This document shows positions 1 through 10,346 of a DNA stretch of 64,000 nt, piece after piece. The DNA is from an uncultured Fidelibacterota bacterium (lineage in GTDB: Bacteria; Fidelibacterota; Marinisomatia; Marinisomatales; Marinisomataceae): contig CABZMF010000003.1 in the NCBI GenBank assembly GCA_902526795.1, forward strand, positions 88,190 through 152,189, read 5' to 3'. The translations under genes and the position numbers were made by a program. Positions within the stretch are counted from its first letter, which is position 1. Each line of letters opens with the position of its first letter. Under the pieces are notes generated by a model. The model was not told the DNA's origin and searched no databases. It was given only the letters and a program-made list of their open reading frames with translations.

Positions 1-2
1 CT

Positions 3-743
3 TCAAGTTTCGAAGATATTAAAAATTCTGATGTTGTAGTTATCACTGCAGGATTTCCTAGGCAACCTGGGATGGATAGAGAAGATCTTCTTCAAAAAAA
101 TCTTAATATTATGTCAAATGTTGCAAGTCAAGTTAAAAAGTATGCACCTAAAGCATTTGTTATTGTTGTTTCAAATCCTCTTGATGCTATGGTTTATGCA
201 TTCTACAAAATTTCTGAATTCCCAAAAAATAGAGTTGTTGGAATGGCTGGAGCTTTAGATAGTGCAAGATTTAGGGCCTTTATAGCTGAAGCAACGAATC
301 TATCATCACAAGATGTCAACTGCATGGTTCTTGGCGGTCATGGGGATACAATGGTTCCAGTTAGTAGATTAGCAACAGTTGGCGGTGTACCCTTATCATC
401 TTTATTAAGTAAAAAGGAAATTATAGCAATTGAAGATAGAACTCGTGTTGGAGGAGGAGAAATTGTTAAACTCTTTGGCAAAGGTTCTGCTTTTTACGCT
501 CCTGCTCAGTCTACTGTTGAAATGATTGAGAGCTTTGTAAGAGATAAAAAAAGAGTTATACCATGTGCATCATTATGTGAGGGTGAATTTGATATTGATG
601 GATACTTCATCGGTGTCCCTACTGTTATTGGCTCAGAAGGCGTTGAGAAAATACTTACCTTTGATCTTGATGAAGATGAAAAATCGGCTTTAAAAAATAC
701 ACTTGCTGAGGTAAAAAAAACTGTTAGTGAAACTGGTTTATAA
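3..743 (+). CDS. mdh: Malate dehydrogenase (LDH-like type), 5'-truncated by the window edge
   Basis: The frame is open from base 3 (SSFEDIKNSDVVVITAGFPRQPGMDREDLL). It contains the VVSNPLDAM, GMAGALDSARF, VLGGHGDTM and GSAFYAPA motifs of LDH/MDH enzymes. Confidence 0.93.
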   Translation, partial: SSFEDIKNSDVVVITAGFPRQPGMDREDLLQKNLNIMSNVASQVKKYAPKAFVIVVSNPLDAMVYAFYKISEFPKNRVVGMAGALDSARFRAFIAEATNLSSQDVNCMVLGGHGDTMVPVSRLATVGGVPLSSLLSKKEIIAIEDRTRVGGGEIVKLFGKGSAFYAPAQSTVEMIESFVRDKKRVIPCASLCEGEFDIDGYFIGVPTVIGSEGVEKILTFDLDEDEKSALKNTLAEVKKTVSETGL

Positions 744-1512
744 TAACCCGTTGAAATTATTCTTTGTTGTATTTCTTTGTATTATTGATAATGCATATTC
801 ACAATCCAATCTTCTTGTAAATGAAAGTTTAAATGGATCTTTTTCCCAAGGGAAAATGGAAGGTTCAATTAATAAATTTTTTACACAAGATACATATTAT
901 TTAAGAAGCAATTTTAATGTTAAAATTTTAAGATTATTCAATATCAAAAGAGATGAAGGATATATTATATCATTCAGTGATTCAACGGTTACTGAGATAA
1001 ATCATAAAAAAAAGAGGTTTGCAATTTATTCCTTTAACGAATTTCTTGAAGAAAATGAAAATAATCCACAAGGCGGTCCTCCCCAAGATGATAACAGCGC
1101 TGAAAATGAATCAAATAATGATGAAGAAGATTTGACAATTAACATTAGCGAAGAAATAGAAATCTTAAATGACTTTAAAACTAGAAAAGCTGAAATCATT
1201 ATTAATAATGAAGAAGAATCGAAATTATTTATTTGGTTTTCTGAAGCAACTTTAAAGTCCAAAACAGAATTGATAATTAATAAGAGATTAAAAGAAATGT
1301 TTGATGGTTCAATACCTCCTAATTTTGGTATGAATGCAATGGATATACCTTATGATGAATATGATATTAATACAAAGGCATTAACAATTAAGTTTGAAGC
1401 AATAAGTGAAAATGGAACATTTACTTACAACTTATTGGGGTATTCGGAGCAGGAATTATTACCAGAGATATTTAAAGTTTCTGAGAAATATAAAAAAGTT
1501 AAAAAACTATAG
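727..1512 (+). CDS. Secreted hypothetical protein, DUF4412-like
   Basis: Signal-peptide-like N-terminus. The layout resembles DUF4412/GLPGLI-type proteins (EILNDFKTRKAEI...LFIWFS...LLPEIFKVSEKYKKV). There is an acidic Asn/Gln/Pro linker. The start is GTG 727 or TTG 751. Confidence 0.5.
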   Translation: MKLVYNNPLKLFFVVFLCIIDNAYSQSNLLVNESLNGSFSQGKMEGSINKFFTQDTYYLRSNFNVKILRLFNIKRDEGYIISFSDSTVTEINHKKKRFAIYSFNEFLEENENNPQGGPPQDDNSAENESNNDEEDLTINISEEIEILNDFKTRKAEIIINNEEESKLFIWFSEATLKSKTELIINKRLKEMFDGSIPPNFGMNAMDIPYDEYDINTKALTIKFEAISENGTFTYNLLGYSEQELLPEIFKVSEKYKKVKKL

Positions 1513-2247
1513 CTTTTCTAAATAGCTTTTCATCCCTTGATATGCTCTTTCTTCCCTCTTAAATGGTCTATCAAGAGTTATTCCCAATTTAAATAATTCA
1601 ATCGCCTTTTGTTCTTGATTAAGCTTTAAATAAGTTTTTCCAAGCCAGTAATAAGTGCCAATATAATCAGAATTTATCTCTAAGCTTTTTTCAAAAAAAT
1701 ACTGTGCTTCTTGAAAAGATCCCTTTGGAGGTTCTGAAAATAAAATTGAAGCTATTCTTCTTGATGCTCTTCCTAAACCTGCCAATTTGTAGTGCCACTG
1801 TCCCATAATACTATAACAAAACTCATCATCAGGTAAAAGATTGATAACTTTTAAAGCAATATTTTTTATATTTTTCGACTGTTCAATTTGATTGCGAATA
1901 GTATCCTCTTCAACTGTTTTTCCTAAGGTAATAACATACCATTTTAGTATATCAGGATTATCAGGTTCAATGTTAAATGCTTTTAGAGCATACTCAAATG
2001 CTTTCAAAGCATTGTCCTTATCTAAGTTTTTTTTCATTGCTGACTCAGATAAGTAGTGATGAGTAATCGACAATCTCAAAAGAACATCAGTATTTTGAGG
2101 GTATTTATTATAAAGTTGCTCAAGAGGTGCTTGAGCTTTATCAAACTCGAGATTAGTAAGCCTAATATCAATATCTTTAAAATCTTGACCGGCAATTAGT
2201 GAAGATAAAATGATTACTAAAATTAGATTTTTCAAAGAAATAATCAA
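1507..2247 (-). CDS. Exported TPR protein resembling eukaryotic RMDN (regulator of microtubule dynamics/FAM82) TPR domain
   Basis: Signal peptide, then ILKWYVITLG...MGQWHYKLAGLGRASRRIASILFSEPPKGSFQEA...LLGKTY-like segments that parallel RMDN1-3 as I recall them. Confidence 0.65.
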   Translation of the reverse strand: MIISLKNLILVIILSSLIAGQDFKDIDIRLTNLEFDKAQAPLEQLYNKYPQNTDVLLRLSITHHYLSESAMKKNLDKDNALKAFEYALKAFNIEPDNPDILKWYVITLGKTVEEDTIRNQIEQSKNIKNIALKVINLLPDDEFCYSIMGQWHYKLAGLGRASRRIASILFSEPPKGSFQEAQYFFEKSLEINSDYIGTYYWLGKTYLKLNQEQKAIELFKLGITLDRPFKREERAYQGMKSYLEKL

Positions 2248-3272
2248 GGATAAAATCTATAGATTACTGGCTGATGATCTGATATTCTATTTGATACATT
2301 GGTATTGGATACACCTGTTTGAGTTGGTAAAGCAATAACTTCTACGGACGATGTTGCTTGATATGAAAACAAAGGTTCATTAATAATAATATGATCTAAA
2401 TGAGATGCATTATATGAACTTGTCCAACCTTGCCAAGAATAGCCACTAGCAGGTCCTTGAAGAACATTTAAATCTGTTAATCTAAAAGAATCAGCGGAAT
2501 CAAAAGATTCAGAATCAGTAAAGGGGCTTAAAGTTGGATTAGTTATACTTTGAGCACCAACATTATTAAAATCTCCAACCAATATCACATTATCATTTTC
2601 TCTATTATTTATTAAATAATCTGTTAAAAGAAGGCTTGCATGATGTCTTCTGGTTGCTTCATTGGTTAAATCAGAAGCATTGTAATTATCATTTCCACAA
2701 CACTTATAATGAACATTTATTACATAAAGATTCATAGATTTTGTACCGTCGGTCCAAGTTATATAGCTTTCCATTGGAGGCCTACTTGCGAACTGATATA
2801 ATTTGCAATTTAGGTAATCGCCATTACATCCACTTGATGAATTTGAAGTATCAGCCCACAATTCATTTTTTGATACGTATGTAATGTTTTCATTTTTATA
2901 GACAAGAGCAAAACCAAGATTGCCCGACTCTTCATCCACAACATATGAATAATCTGTCATTGAATTAACCATGCTTATTAACTCAGATTCACTAGAAATT
3001 TCTTGTAGTAAATAAACATCAGCATTCCATTTTTCTAGTAAAGATTTAACCTGTTCTTTAGTAGAACTATGCTGAGGAAATTGTCTGATATTCCAAGTAA
3101 CTACCTCAATCTGATTTGCAGCATTATAATTTATTGCATTTGGAAATTCATAAGGGTTAGTATTGTCTCCACCTCCATTATCATCTCCTGGATCAGTTGG
3201 AGAATTACCACCACTTGAACAAGAAAGAATCAAAATAATTAATAATAAATATTTATTTAGAGACTTAATCAT
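2244..3272 (-). CDS. Endonuclease/exonuclease/phosphatase (DNase I-like) lipoprotein
   Basis: Lipobox ILSC; motifs TWNI, LQEI, NVHYKCC, VGDFN, LDHI and SDHQPV. Confidence 0.88.
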   Translation of the reverse strand: MIKSLNKYLLLIILILSCSSGGNSPTDPGDDNGGGDNTNPYEFPNAINYNAANQIEVVTWNIRQFPQHSSTKEQVKSLLEKWNADVYLLQEISSESELISMVNSMTDYSYVVDEESGNLGFALVYKNENITYVSKNELWADTSNSSSGCNGDYLNCKLYQFASRPPMESYITWTDGTKSMNLYVINVHYKCCGNDNYNASDLTNEATRRHHASLLLTDYLINNRENDNVILVGDFNNVGAQSITNPTLSPFTDSESFDSADSFRLTDLNVLQGPASGYSWQGWTSSYNASHLDHIIINEPLFSYQATSSVEVIALPTQTGVSNTNVSNRISDHQPVIYRFYP

Positions 3273-4176
3273 AGATGTAATTTAATAATAAAGTTCCAAC
3301 TTGGTATAAGCTTTGTGGTGAACAATTCTCTGGTATATCTTTTTGCGTATGCCAATAATTATAAAATAAATTTGGGTAATCAAAATCAATGATATCAATT
3401 GCAGGAATCTGAGCATTTTCCCATAGTGGAACATGATCATCATAAATTTCATAACCAATTCTGTATTCAAAAGCACTTAAACCAAGATCATTAGCTAAAC
3501 CCCAAATTTCTTTTACCATTTCAGGATTTACTTGATATGAAAATCTTTCAATGGGTATTTTAAGAAATTTATCTCCTACCATGTCAACAATAATTGCAAA
3601 ATTTGGTTTTTCTATTGGAAGATTTTTTGAAAAATATTCTGAGCCCATTGCAAAAGTATATGGTTTGCCGTTGATACCAACATCTTCAGCATCAAAAAAA
3701 ACTATATCGATTCCAATTGGAGGATTATTTTTTGAAAAAATTGAAGCCAGCTCCATCAAAACTGCGGTACCACTTGCACCATCATTTGCCCCTAAAACTG
3801 GTAGCAATTTTTTTTCTTCATCTGGATCTTCATCAGATAATGATCTTGTATCCCAATGTGCACCTAGTAATAGTCTTTCCTCCGACTCAAGATTAAACTG
3901 AGCTATCAAATTTTTACCTTTTCTCTTTTTTGTAGTCAAATGTTCAGTGTATGAAAACTCTTGAATAATCACATTTTTGGATAGTGAAGATAAATACTCT
4001 TCGAGATACTTGCTAAATTCTTGATGTCCTTCTGATCCTGGATTTCTTGGACCATAACTACATTGATCTAATAAGTGTTGGAATGCCATTTTTTGATTAA
4101 ATGATGGTATTTTTTTTTCCGAACTATCTGATGAACACCCCACAAAAAAAATTGCTATTAATATAATTTTTTTCAT
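3265..4176 (-). CDS. M28 family peptidase (glutaminyl-cyclase-like) lipoprotein
   Basis: Lipobox FVGC; GPRNPGS, GAHWDTR, GANDGASG, FFDAED, VDMVGD, DDHVP and WHT motifs. Confidence 0.9.
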   Translation of the reverse strand: MKKIILIAIFFVGCSSDSSEKKIPSFNQKMAFQHLLDQCSYGPRNPGSEGHQEFSKYLEEYLSSLSKNVIIQEFSYTEHLTTKKRKGKNLIAQFNLESEERLLLGAHWDTRSLSDEDPDEEKKLLPVLGANDGASGTAVLMELASIFSKNNPPIGIDIVFFDAEDVGINGKPYTFAMGSEYFSKNLPIEKPNFAIIVDMVGDKFLKIPIERFSYQVNPEMVKEIWGLANDLGLSAFEYRIGYEIYDDHVPLWENAQIPAIDIIDFDYPNLFYNYWHTQKDIPENCSPQSLYQVGTLLLNYIYD

Positions 4177-7100
4177 TATCCTCTTATTGCAACATTTAAG
4201 TTTATACCAAAATCTCTATCAATTCTTCTTCCAGTAAGTCTAGTATCAGTTTCTCTATACTCATAAAACAAACTACCTGTAATATCATCTGTAAGTGTAT
4301 AAGTTATTCTTAATACACTTTTTTGTGTATTTGTAAAATTTTGTTCAACAAAGTTTATTTTATCTTTTGATCCTTCTTCTGTTTTATTTGAAAAGTCTAA
4401 GTTTAAGCTAATATTCATATTATTTCTTAAATATATATTTCTTTCGGAAAATGGTAGAGAAAATCTAATACCTTTAGAAAAATTATATGTAATTGTTGCA
4501 AGAATACTATTATCAGAAATATAAGTTAATCCATTTGCTACCTCGTCCAAAGTATGAGTTATATTACTTCTGATATTTGTTGAAATACCATTATTAAAAG
4601 TTGTGCTTATACCAATTAATGGTGAGAGCGATCTTGATATTCTCGAAAACTGAAGATAGTCATCGTTGTCATTTTCAAATGACGAAATACTCAATAACTT
4701 GATTGGAGTAATTCCTGAATCATTAAACTTCCAAGATAGATTTTGTTTGCCATTAAATGAGTGCTCTAAAGACATAGAAGAAACATATGGCCTAATAAAA
4801 TTAATTCTTTCGAGTCCTCCTATTCTTAAAGACCAATTTGAAAATGGTAATCCATCAGATAAATAACTGCCATATGCAATGTAATCTCTTGTAGTTGAAC
4901 GAATGTCTATATTATTTCCATTTATATTGGATGAAATACTTTCGTTAAATGAAACCATGAGAGATGATTGAGGACTAAATCTGATACCTGTTCTTGCTGA
5001 GAAGGATTTTTTTATATCTTCATTACCAGTATTTAATCCAACTTCAGGTACGGATTCAAGTCCAAGATTATTTTTAAGCCCAAAACGATAAGATAACGGA
5101 ATATCACCATTAATACCATTTGATACTTTGGTGGTGATATTTGAAATAGTGATTGCAAGAGGTTCAATTTTTTTTGATTCATTATATATTCTTTCAAGTG
5201 CAAAATTATTTTTTAAAGTTTTTTTATCATTAGTCTTATTTGATTTTTCTTCTTCATTTTCATTTTCTTCTTCTGGATTAAAGCTTGCTAATCCCCTTGA
5301 TCTGGTCCTTGGTGGAGCTGAAACATTGTCTCTCTTTGATACTGGTGTATAAAATATTTCTATTATTTCAGTTGGAGATATTGAAAAATTCACACCTGAA
5401 TTTTTTACTAAGTTTAAATTAGCAGCATCTACCACACCATTTCGAGGCTTATTCCATGAATAATTAGTATTATAGGAGAAATTTGGTTTAAACCAATTTA
5501 TCCATTGAGGACTAAATGTATAATTTAAGATTTCATTCAAATTTGTTAGTGATCCAATTTTTAATTCAGATAAAACTTCATCTTTATAATCTGACATATC
5601 ACTTCTAATATTTTTGTTATAATTAAGTTGAGTATTATCAAAAACTTTATAATTAACCGAAAATCTTCTTTCTAAACCAAGACTAAAATCTTCAATTAAT
5701 TCATAATTTTTTCTTGAAACTTTTTCTGTTAAATTTCTATTAACTCTAATTCCGCTAGTAAATGTCGATGGGGTGTAAAAAAATCTTGTTTCGCTTAATT
5801 TCTGACCAATAAATGGAACTTTTTCTGCCCATTTAAAGGCCTCAATATAGTTATCACTAGGAAATCTTAAATTATAATCCACATTAGTACTTAATTTATT
5901 TGAATCGACCGAGTCCATGATTGAATCCGATTTTTTTTGAGTTGAAACATTAAAACCGGCACTCAAATTATCAATAGAATATTTAATAAACGGGTTTTCG
6001 GACTTAACTCTTTTTGAAATTTTACCGGATACATTGATCGTTGATGATTTTACCATTACTGAATCCGGAGGGGTTCCATTTGTTCTTATATCGGTACCAG
6101 GGAAAAATTTTGGGGAGTTATTGATTATATTATAGCTTGTATTAATTGGAAATGAGATACCTAAATTACTTGGGAAAAAATTTCCTAATTGAATATTATT
6201 ATTAAATGTAAAGTTTTCCACTGTTTGATTTGTACCAATTCTTTCTTGCAGAACATGAAAATCCGCATCCTTTTTACTGTAAGAAAACGTACTTTGACTC
6301 AAATCAGATAAATTAAATTTTGACTTTAATCTAACTGCAGTTCCAGTTTCTTTTTTTACACCACTCAACCTAAGTTCATCAAGCCATATTTCTCCACTAA
6401 CAGGATGATCTGAATCATTTTCTACTCCAACAATGAAATATTGCAATCTTGAAAGTGATGGGTTTCCAACAATTTCAATATTCTTAAAAATATTATTATT
6501 CTCATCAATGAAACTATACTCCTTATAATCTGTTGAATCTGTAAAAGTATCGTTAAAACCAATAAGATTAATTGAATTCTCTGTTTCATTTTTTAGAGCT
6601 GTAAGCCAATTCAAATCTAAATTTATTTCGTTTCTTTTTAAATCTTCATCCCAAGTATCATATACTGGTTTAGTTACTTTATAGTATTCGTCACCATTTC
6701 CAAACTGAATAAAGAATTTTAAATCGCTTTCCTCGCTTGATATAAATTCGCTATTACCATACACAAACATTTTCATTCTATCGTACATTAAATAACTTTG
6801 CCCCTTTTTATCATCCATTGCTAGAATTTTTTTAGCAGCACCTTTATAGTTTGGATTAAGATTTTCAAATTGTAGAACTAAGGACTGTTCTTTTGATCTA
6901 ATCTGATTTATTTGGTCATATTCGCCAAAAACACCTTTTGGAGGAATGTAATTAGGATTATCTTCATCATTTATTACTGAAACAATGAAAGTACTATCTT
7001 CAACAGCATAAGAGTCTGTTTCAGCCAATGAAGTACCAAGCTCTTGCCATGCATTACCTACCAATTCGATTTTTGCAATTTCCAGTTGTGTCTCTTCTGA

Positions 7101-10100
7101 AACACCTGATACAACCAACCTAACAGACCTTATTTCACTTAACGATATATCTTGGATCTTATCAAAATGACTTAGAGGAACTCTAATTAATTTCCAACCA
7201 GTTTGTACTCCGTCCACTTCCGTTGAACCTGCAACATATTCGTTATCATTCAAAGATATGGTTTTTGTAAAATAATCATTAGTTCTATCTAGAAATCCAG
7301 ATTTATCTAAATCTTCTGTATCTGGATATTTACCGCCTGTTTGAATTCTATCTCCAGTACCATTTCCTTCAGTACCATTGACTTTCTCATAATTTGAGCT
7401 GCCTTCAGAATAATTCCAATCATCACTATTTGGATCATTTGGATCTACATCAGATGAAGCATTTATTAATTGAGTTTCTCCATTAGCAAGGTACTCTACA
7501 TAAGAAAGTCCAGTTGGGTCAAGACAATTACCAAAACCATCTTCATAATTATTAAAACAACCATCTAGTCCAGTATCTTCATTATCTTCTAAAAAGCCAT
7601 TTCCTAATGCAAGACCTGCATCGGGTACATCTTCTGTATTTAGCACTCCATTTCCGTTATAATCTTCACTTATTTTACCAAGGTCAATAGTTAAATTACC
7701 TGAATTTCCTCTGAGCCATATTTCAAAGAACCTTGTTCTAGTTTGGTCATAATCTCCAATGAACATAGGTGTAATGATACCCGCCCACAATGAGTCTGGA
7801 TCTACAGATGACTGAAATTCTTGAGGTTTGTAATTTAAAACTAAAACGTCAGTTGTGAGATTTTGAGCTCTTTGAGATGTTGAGACGTTCGGCCAAATAT
7901 TATTTGTTAATACTTGAGAATATGGATTGTACCAAAACATTTTTAATCTATTTCTTTGATCATATTCCAGATTATTTTCAATATCAACTGGTGCAGATGA
8001 AATATTCCAAAATCTTCTCAAGATAGAGGGATTAGTCACTCTTTTTGAACCCTCAAAATCATCAATAAATGCAACACCATTTCCATCACCTGTTCTTGAA
8101 TTAGATATTGAGTTTGGATTTGGAAGGACTTGAGCAATCTCACCTTCAATAGAAAAATTTGATATTTTATCAGCGTTAAGGAAGCTCAACTGATTAATTC
8201 TTGTAGATAAATTATCTAAATCTTTTTCAAATCTTCCGTTGATATCCCAAATGAAATTTTGAATTGGTTCGTATCCTACCTCAACTTTTTTATTAACAAT
8301 ATCTTGATCGTAATAGAGCGCTGTTAGGCCTAAAAAAGAATTTTGATTAAAATCGATTTGCGCTCGGGATCCAACCATTATCTTTCTATCAAAAGTAACA
8401 AGATCATGTTTATCGTACGAAATTTCTAAATCACTGTTAGGATCAATATTACCGGTAAGCATAATAATTCCTGAAAAATAATCAATTTGATAATCAGTTC
8501 CTCTTTCAAGCTTTTCTCCATTAGATAAAATCTCTTCACTCCCCTCAACAAGAGTGAAACCTAAACTAATAGTTGATTTAGGATTTGTATAATTCGCATT
8601 TATTGTAAATCTAGCATCTCCAGTATATTCTGTTCTATTTGAAGTAGTATACATTTTACCTTGCTGCAAAAATTCGGATAGTTCTGAACTTTCGTTACCT
8701 CCATTTAAAACATTAGAAGAAACAAAAGGTAATAGAGCAGGTAAATGGATCTCTCCCGCAACTAAATTAACAATGTTAGGGTTATTAAAATCAATTACCT
8801 CATCAGGTGATTGAGCTCCAGACTGATTAAAATTATCAAGACCAAAAAGGTTTAGGAAAGTGGTTCCATTATCAGATCTATCACTAACTGGCGTCGAAAA
8901 ATTGTCAATAATTTGTACTTCAAGGCTTTGAGCATCTATATTAGTAGAGCCCATTGAATAAACGTTTTTAAACATTAAATCCCATGCTGGATGGTTAGGA
9001 TGTGAAGATTGAGCTTTAATCATTTTTAAAATTAGTCTCGAATTATCATCACTTATTCCTTGTCCAATTTGAATGATTAATTGTCCTGTCGATCTATCTA
9101 CAATTTGAAAGTGAGCTGCAACAATTTCGTTTTGTAATGTACTTTGCATTCTAATAAAACCTAAGTCTTCATTTATACTATAATCAGTTCCTCGTTCCAA
9201 TCTTATAAAAGTACCCTCCTTACTTTTATCTGAAAATTGTGATGTGTCATTTGGATCAATATAAGCTATACCTGGATCAGCTTGGGGATTATTTGATGCA
9301 TCAATTTTATACAGCTCAAAATTTCTTACTACAACGTTACCGATTGGATGTAAACCATTTATTAGAGGATAGTATGATGGAATTGAAAGTGTAAAACCGC
9401 TTTCATCAACGGTCTCTGTCGATCCATTTCTAAACCAATCATGGATGAAAAAATATAGATTTTTTCTATAATCATAATCCTGAATCTGATTTTCTTTTAA
9501 TTCAGAAGTTCCCCTATAACGCTGAGATTGTTTTTTAGTTTTTTCTAGAGATGCTATACTAGTAATGTTTACTGGACCAAGTTTTGATAAAGCTTTAACA
9601 CCAAAGAGACCTTTATTCTGGCCAGAAAATGTTACGAACTCTGTTGAAGGCAATGAGAGTGAAATGTTACCCAGTTCTAATTTTTGTAATATATCATCTT
9701 CCTGCCCTTTATAATCTACTCTAATCGTATTTTCCCAATCAAAATCTCTTTCAGAGTTTTGATCTAAGGATACAGTTATACTTTCACCTACCTTACCCTG
9801 GACATTTAGTTGCTGTTTCTGATCAAATTTAAAGTTTGTTTTTTCTTGTTCTTTATAAGATGAACGAACTAATTCTTGATCTTGATTTACAAGTTTTCCG
9901 GATAAATTAATATTCCCCTGAACTCTCAATGAAGCTCTTCCTAATGCTCCTAAATCAATATCTGCAATTTGCATAAACCTATCTGATTTTTTATTAATTG
10001 TTGTGTCTGAAGCTGAAAGGATAAAAGGTTGTAAGAGATTAAATCTTTGATTCGAGGAATATAAGTTACTTATGTAATTATCAAATGTAGATATATATGG

Positions 10101-10346
10101 AATTAAACTTTTCGAACTTAAAATTTTTTCATTAATAACTATAGTGTCAAATTTGGTATTAAATGAAACTTCATAATCTAGGTACTTTCTGTCAAGTTTA
10201 AAGATTCCAATGGGATAATTAGAGATATCATTTAAAGAATAATTAACTTTCTTAGAATTTTTAAATGGATTAAACGATATTTTTTCAATCGAACTATTAC
10301 CCAATAATATTCCGGTAACAACAACAAAAATTAAAACCTTTTTCAT
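4176..10346 (-). CDS. sprA: SprA/Sov-like large outer-membrane beta-barrel (T9SS translocon homolog)
   Basis: 2056 aa. SprA-type motifs: FKFDQKQQLNVQGKVG, LELGNISLSLP..FVTFS, AFIDDFEGS, IDLGKISED, NGTEGNG, DTEDLD, GEIWLDELRL. The C-terminus is beta-strand-rich and ends INLNVAIRG. Confidence 0.88.
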   Translation of the reverse strand: MKKVLIFVVVTGILLGNSSIEKISFNPFKNSKKVNYSLNDISNYPIGIFKLDRKYLDYEVSFNTKFDTIVINEKILSSKSLIPYISTFDNYISNLYSSNQRFNLLQPFILSASDTTINKKSDRFMQIADIDLGALGRASLRVQGNINLSGKLVNQDQELVRSSYKEQEKTNFKFDQKQQLNVQGKVGESITVSLDQNSERDFDWENTIRVDYKGQEDDILQKLELGNISLSLPSTEFVTFSGQNKGLFGVKALSKLGPVNITSIASLEKTKKQSQRYRGTSELKENQIQDYDYRKNLYFFIHDWFRNGSTETVDESGFTLSIPSYYPLINGLHPIGNVVVRNFELYKIDASNNPQADPGIAYIDPNDTSQFSDKSKEGTFIRLERGTDYSINEDLGFIRMQSTLQNEIVAAHFQIVDRSTGQLIIQIGQGISDDNSRLILKMIKAQSSHPNHPAWDLMFKNVYSMGSTNIDAQSLEVQIIDNFSTPVSDRSDNGTTFLNLFGLDNFNQSGAQSPDEVIDFNNPNIVNLVAGEIHLPALLPFVSSNVLNGGNESSELSEFLQQGKMYTTSNRTEYTGDARFTINANYTNPKSTISLGFTLVEGSEEILSNGEKLERGTDYQIDYFSGIIMLTGNIDPNSDLEISYDKHDLVTFDRKIMVGSRAQIDFNQNSFLGLTALYYDQDIVNKKVEVGYEPIQNFIWDINGRFEKDLDNLSTRINQLSFLNADKISNFSIEGEIAQVLPNPNSISNSRTGDGNGVAFIDDFEGSKRVTNPSILRRFWNISSAPVDIENNLEYDQRNRLKMFWYNPYSQVLTNNIWPNVSTSQRAQNLTTDVLVLNYKPQEFQSSVDPDSLWAGIITPMFIGDYDQTRTRFFEIWLRGNSGNLTIDLGKISEDYNGNGVLNTEDVPDAGLALGNGFLEDNEDTGLDGCFNNYEDGFGNCLDPTGLSYVEYLANGETQLINASSDVDPNDPNSDDWNYSEGSSNYEKVNGTEGNGTGDRIQTGGKYPDTEDLDKSGFLDRTNDYFTKTISLNDNEYVAGSTEVDGVQTGWKLIRVPLSHFDKIQDISLSEIRSVRLVVSGVSEETQLEIAKIELVGNAWQELGTSLAETDSYAVEDSTFIVSVINDEDNPNYIPPKGVFGEYDQINQIRSKEQSLVLQFENLNPNYKGAAKKILAMDDKKGQSYLMYDRMKMFVYGNSEFISSEESDLKFFIQFGNGDEYYKVTKPVYDTWDEDLKRNEINLDLNWLTALKNETENSINLIGFNDTFTDSTDYKEYSFIDENNNIFKNIEIVGNPSLSRLQYFIVGVENDSDHPVSGEIWLDELRLSGVKKETGTAVRLKSKFNLSDLSQSTFSYSKKDADFHVLQERIGTNQTVENFTFNNNIQLGNFFPSNLGISFPINTSYNIINNSPKFFPGTDIRTNGTPPDSVMVKSSTINVSGKISKRVKSENPFIKYSIDNLSAGFNVSTQKKSDSIMDSVDSNKLSTNVDYNLRFPSDNYIEAFKWAEKVPFIGQKLSETRFFYTPSTFTSGIRVNRNLTEKVSRKNYELIEDFSLGLERRFSVNYKVFDNTQLNYNKNIRSDMSDYKDEVLSELKIGSLTNLNEILNYTFSPQWINWFKPNFSYNTNYSWNKPRNGVVDAANLNLVKNSGVNFSISPTEIIEIFYTPVSKRDNVSAPPRTRSRGLASFNPEEENENEEEKSNKTNDKKTLKNNFALERIYNESKKIEPLAITISNITTKVSNGINGDIPLSYRFGLKNNLGLESVPEVGLNTGNEDIKKSFSARTGIRFSPQSSLMVSFNESISSNINGNNIDIRSTTRDYIAYGSYLSDGLPFSNWSLRIGGLERINFIRPYVSSMSLEHSFNGKQNLSWKFNDSGITPIKLLSISSFENDNDDYLQFSRISRSLSPLIGISTTFNNGISTNIRSNITHTLDEVANGLTYISDNSILATITYNFSKGIRFSLPFSERNIYLRNNMNISLNLDFSNKTEEGSKDKINFVEQNFTNTQKSVLRITYTLTDDITGSLFYEYRETDTRLTGRRIDRDFGINLNVAIRG

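Noticed and set aside
4108-4119. A/T homopolymer runs as phase-variation tracts (also near 57086)
   Set aside because: Runs of 8-9 are frequent in this AT-rich sequence and the frames are intact.
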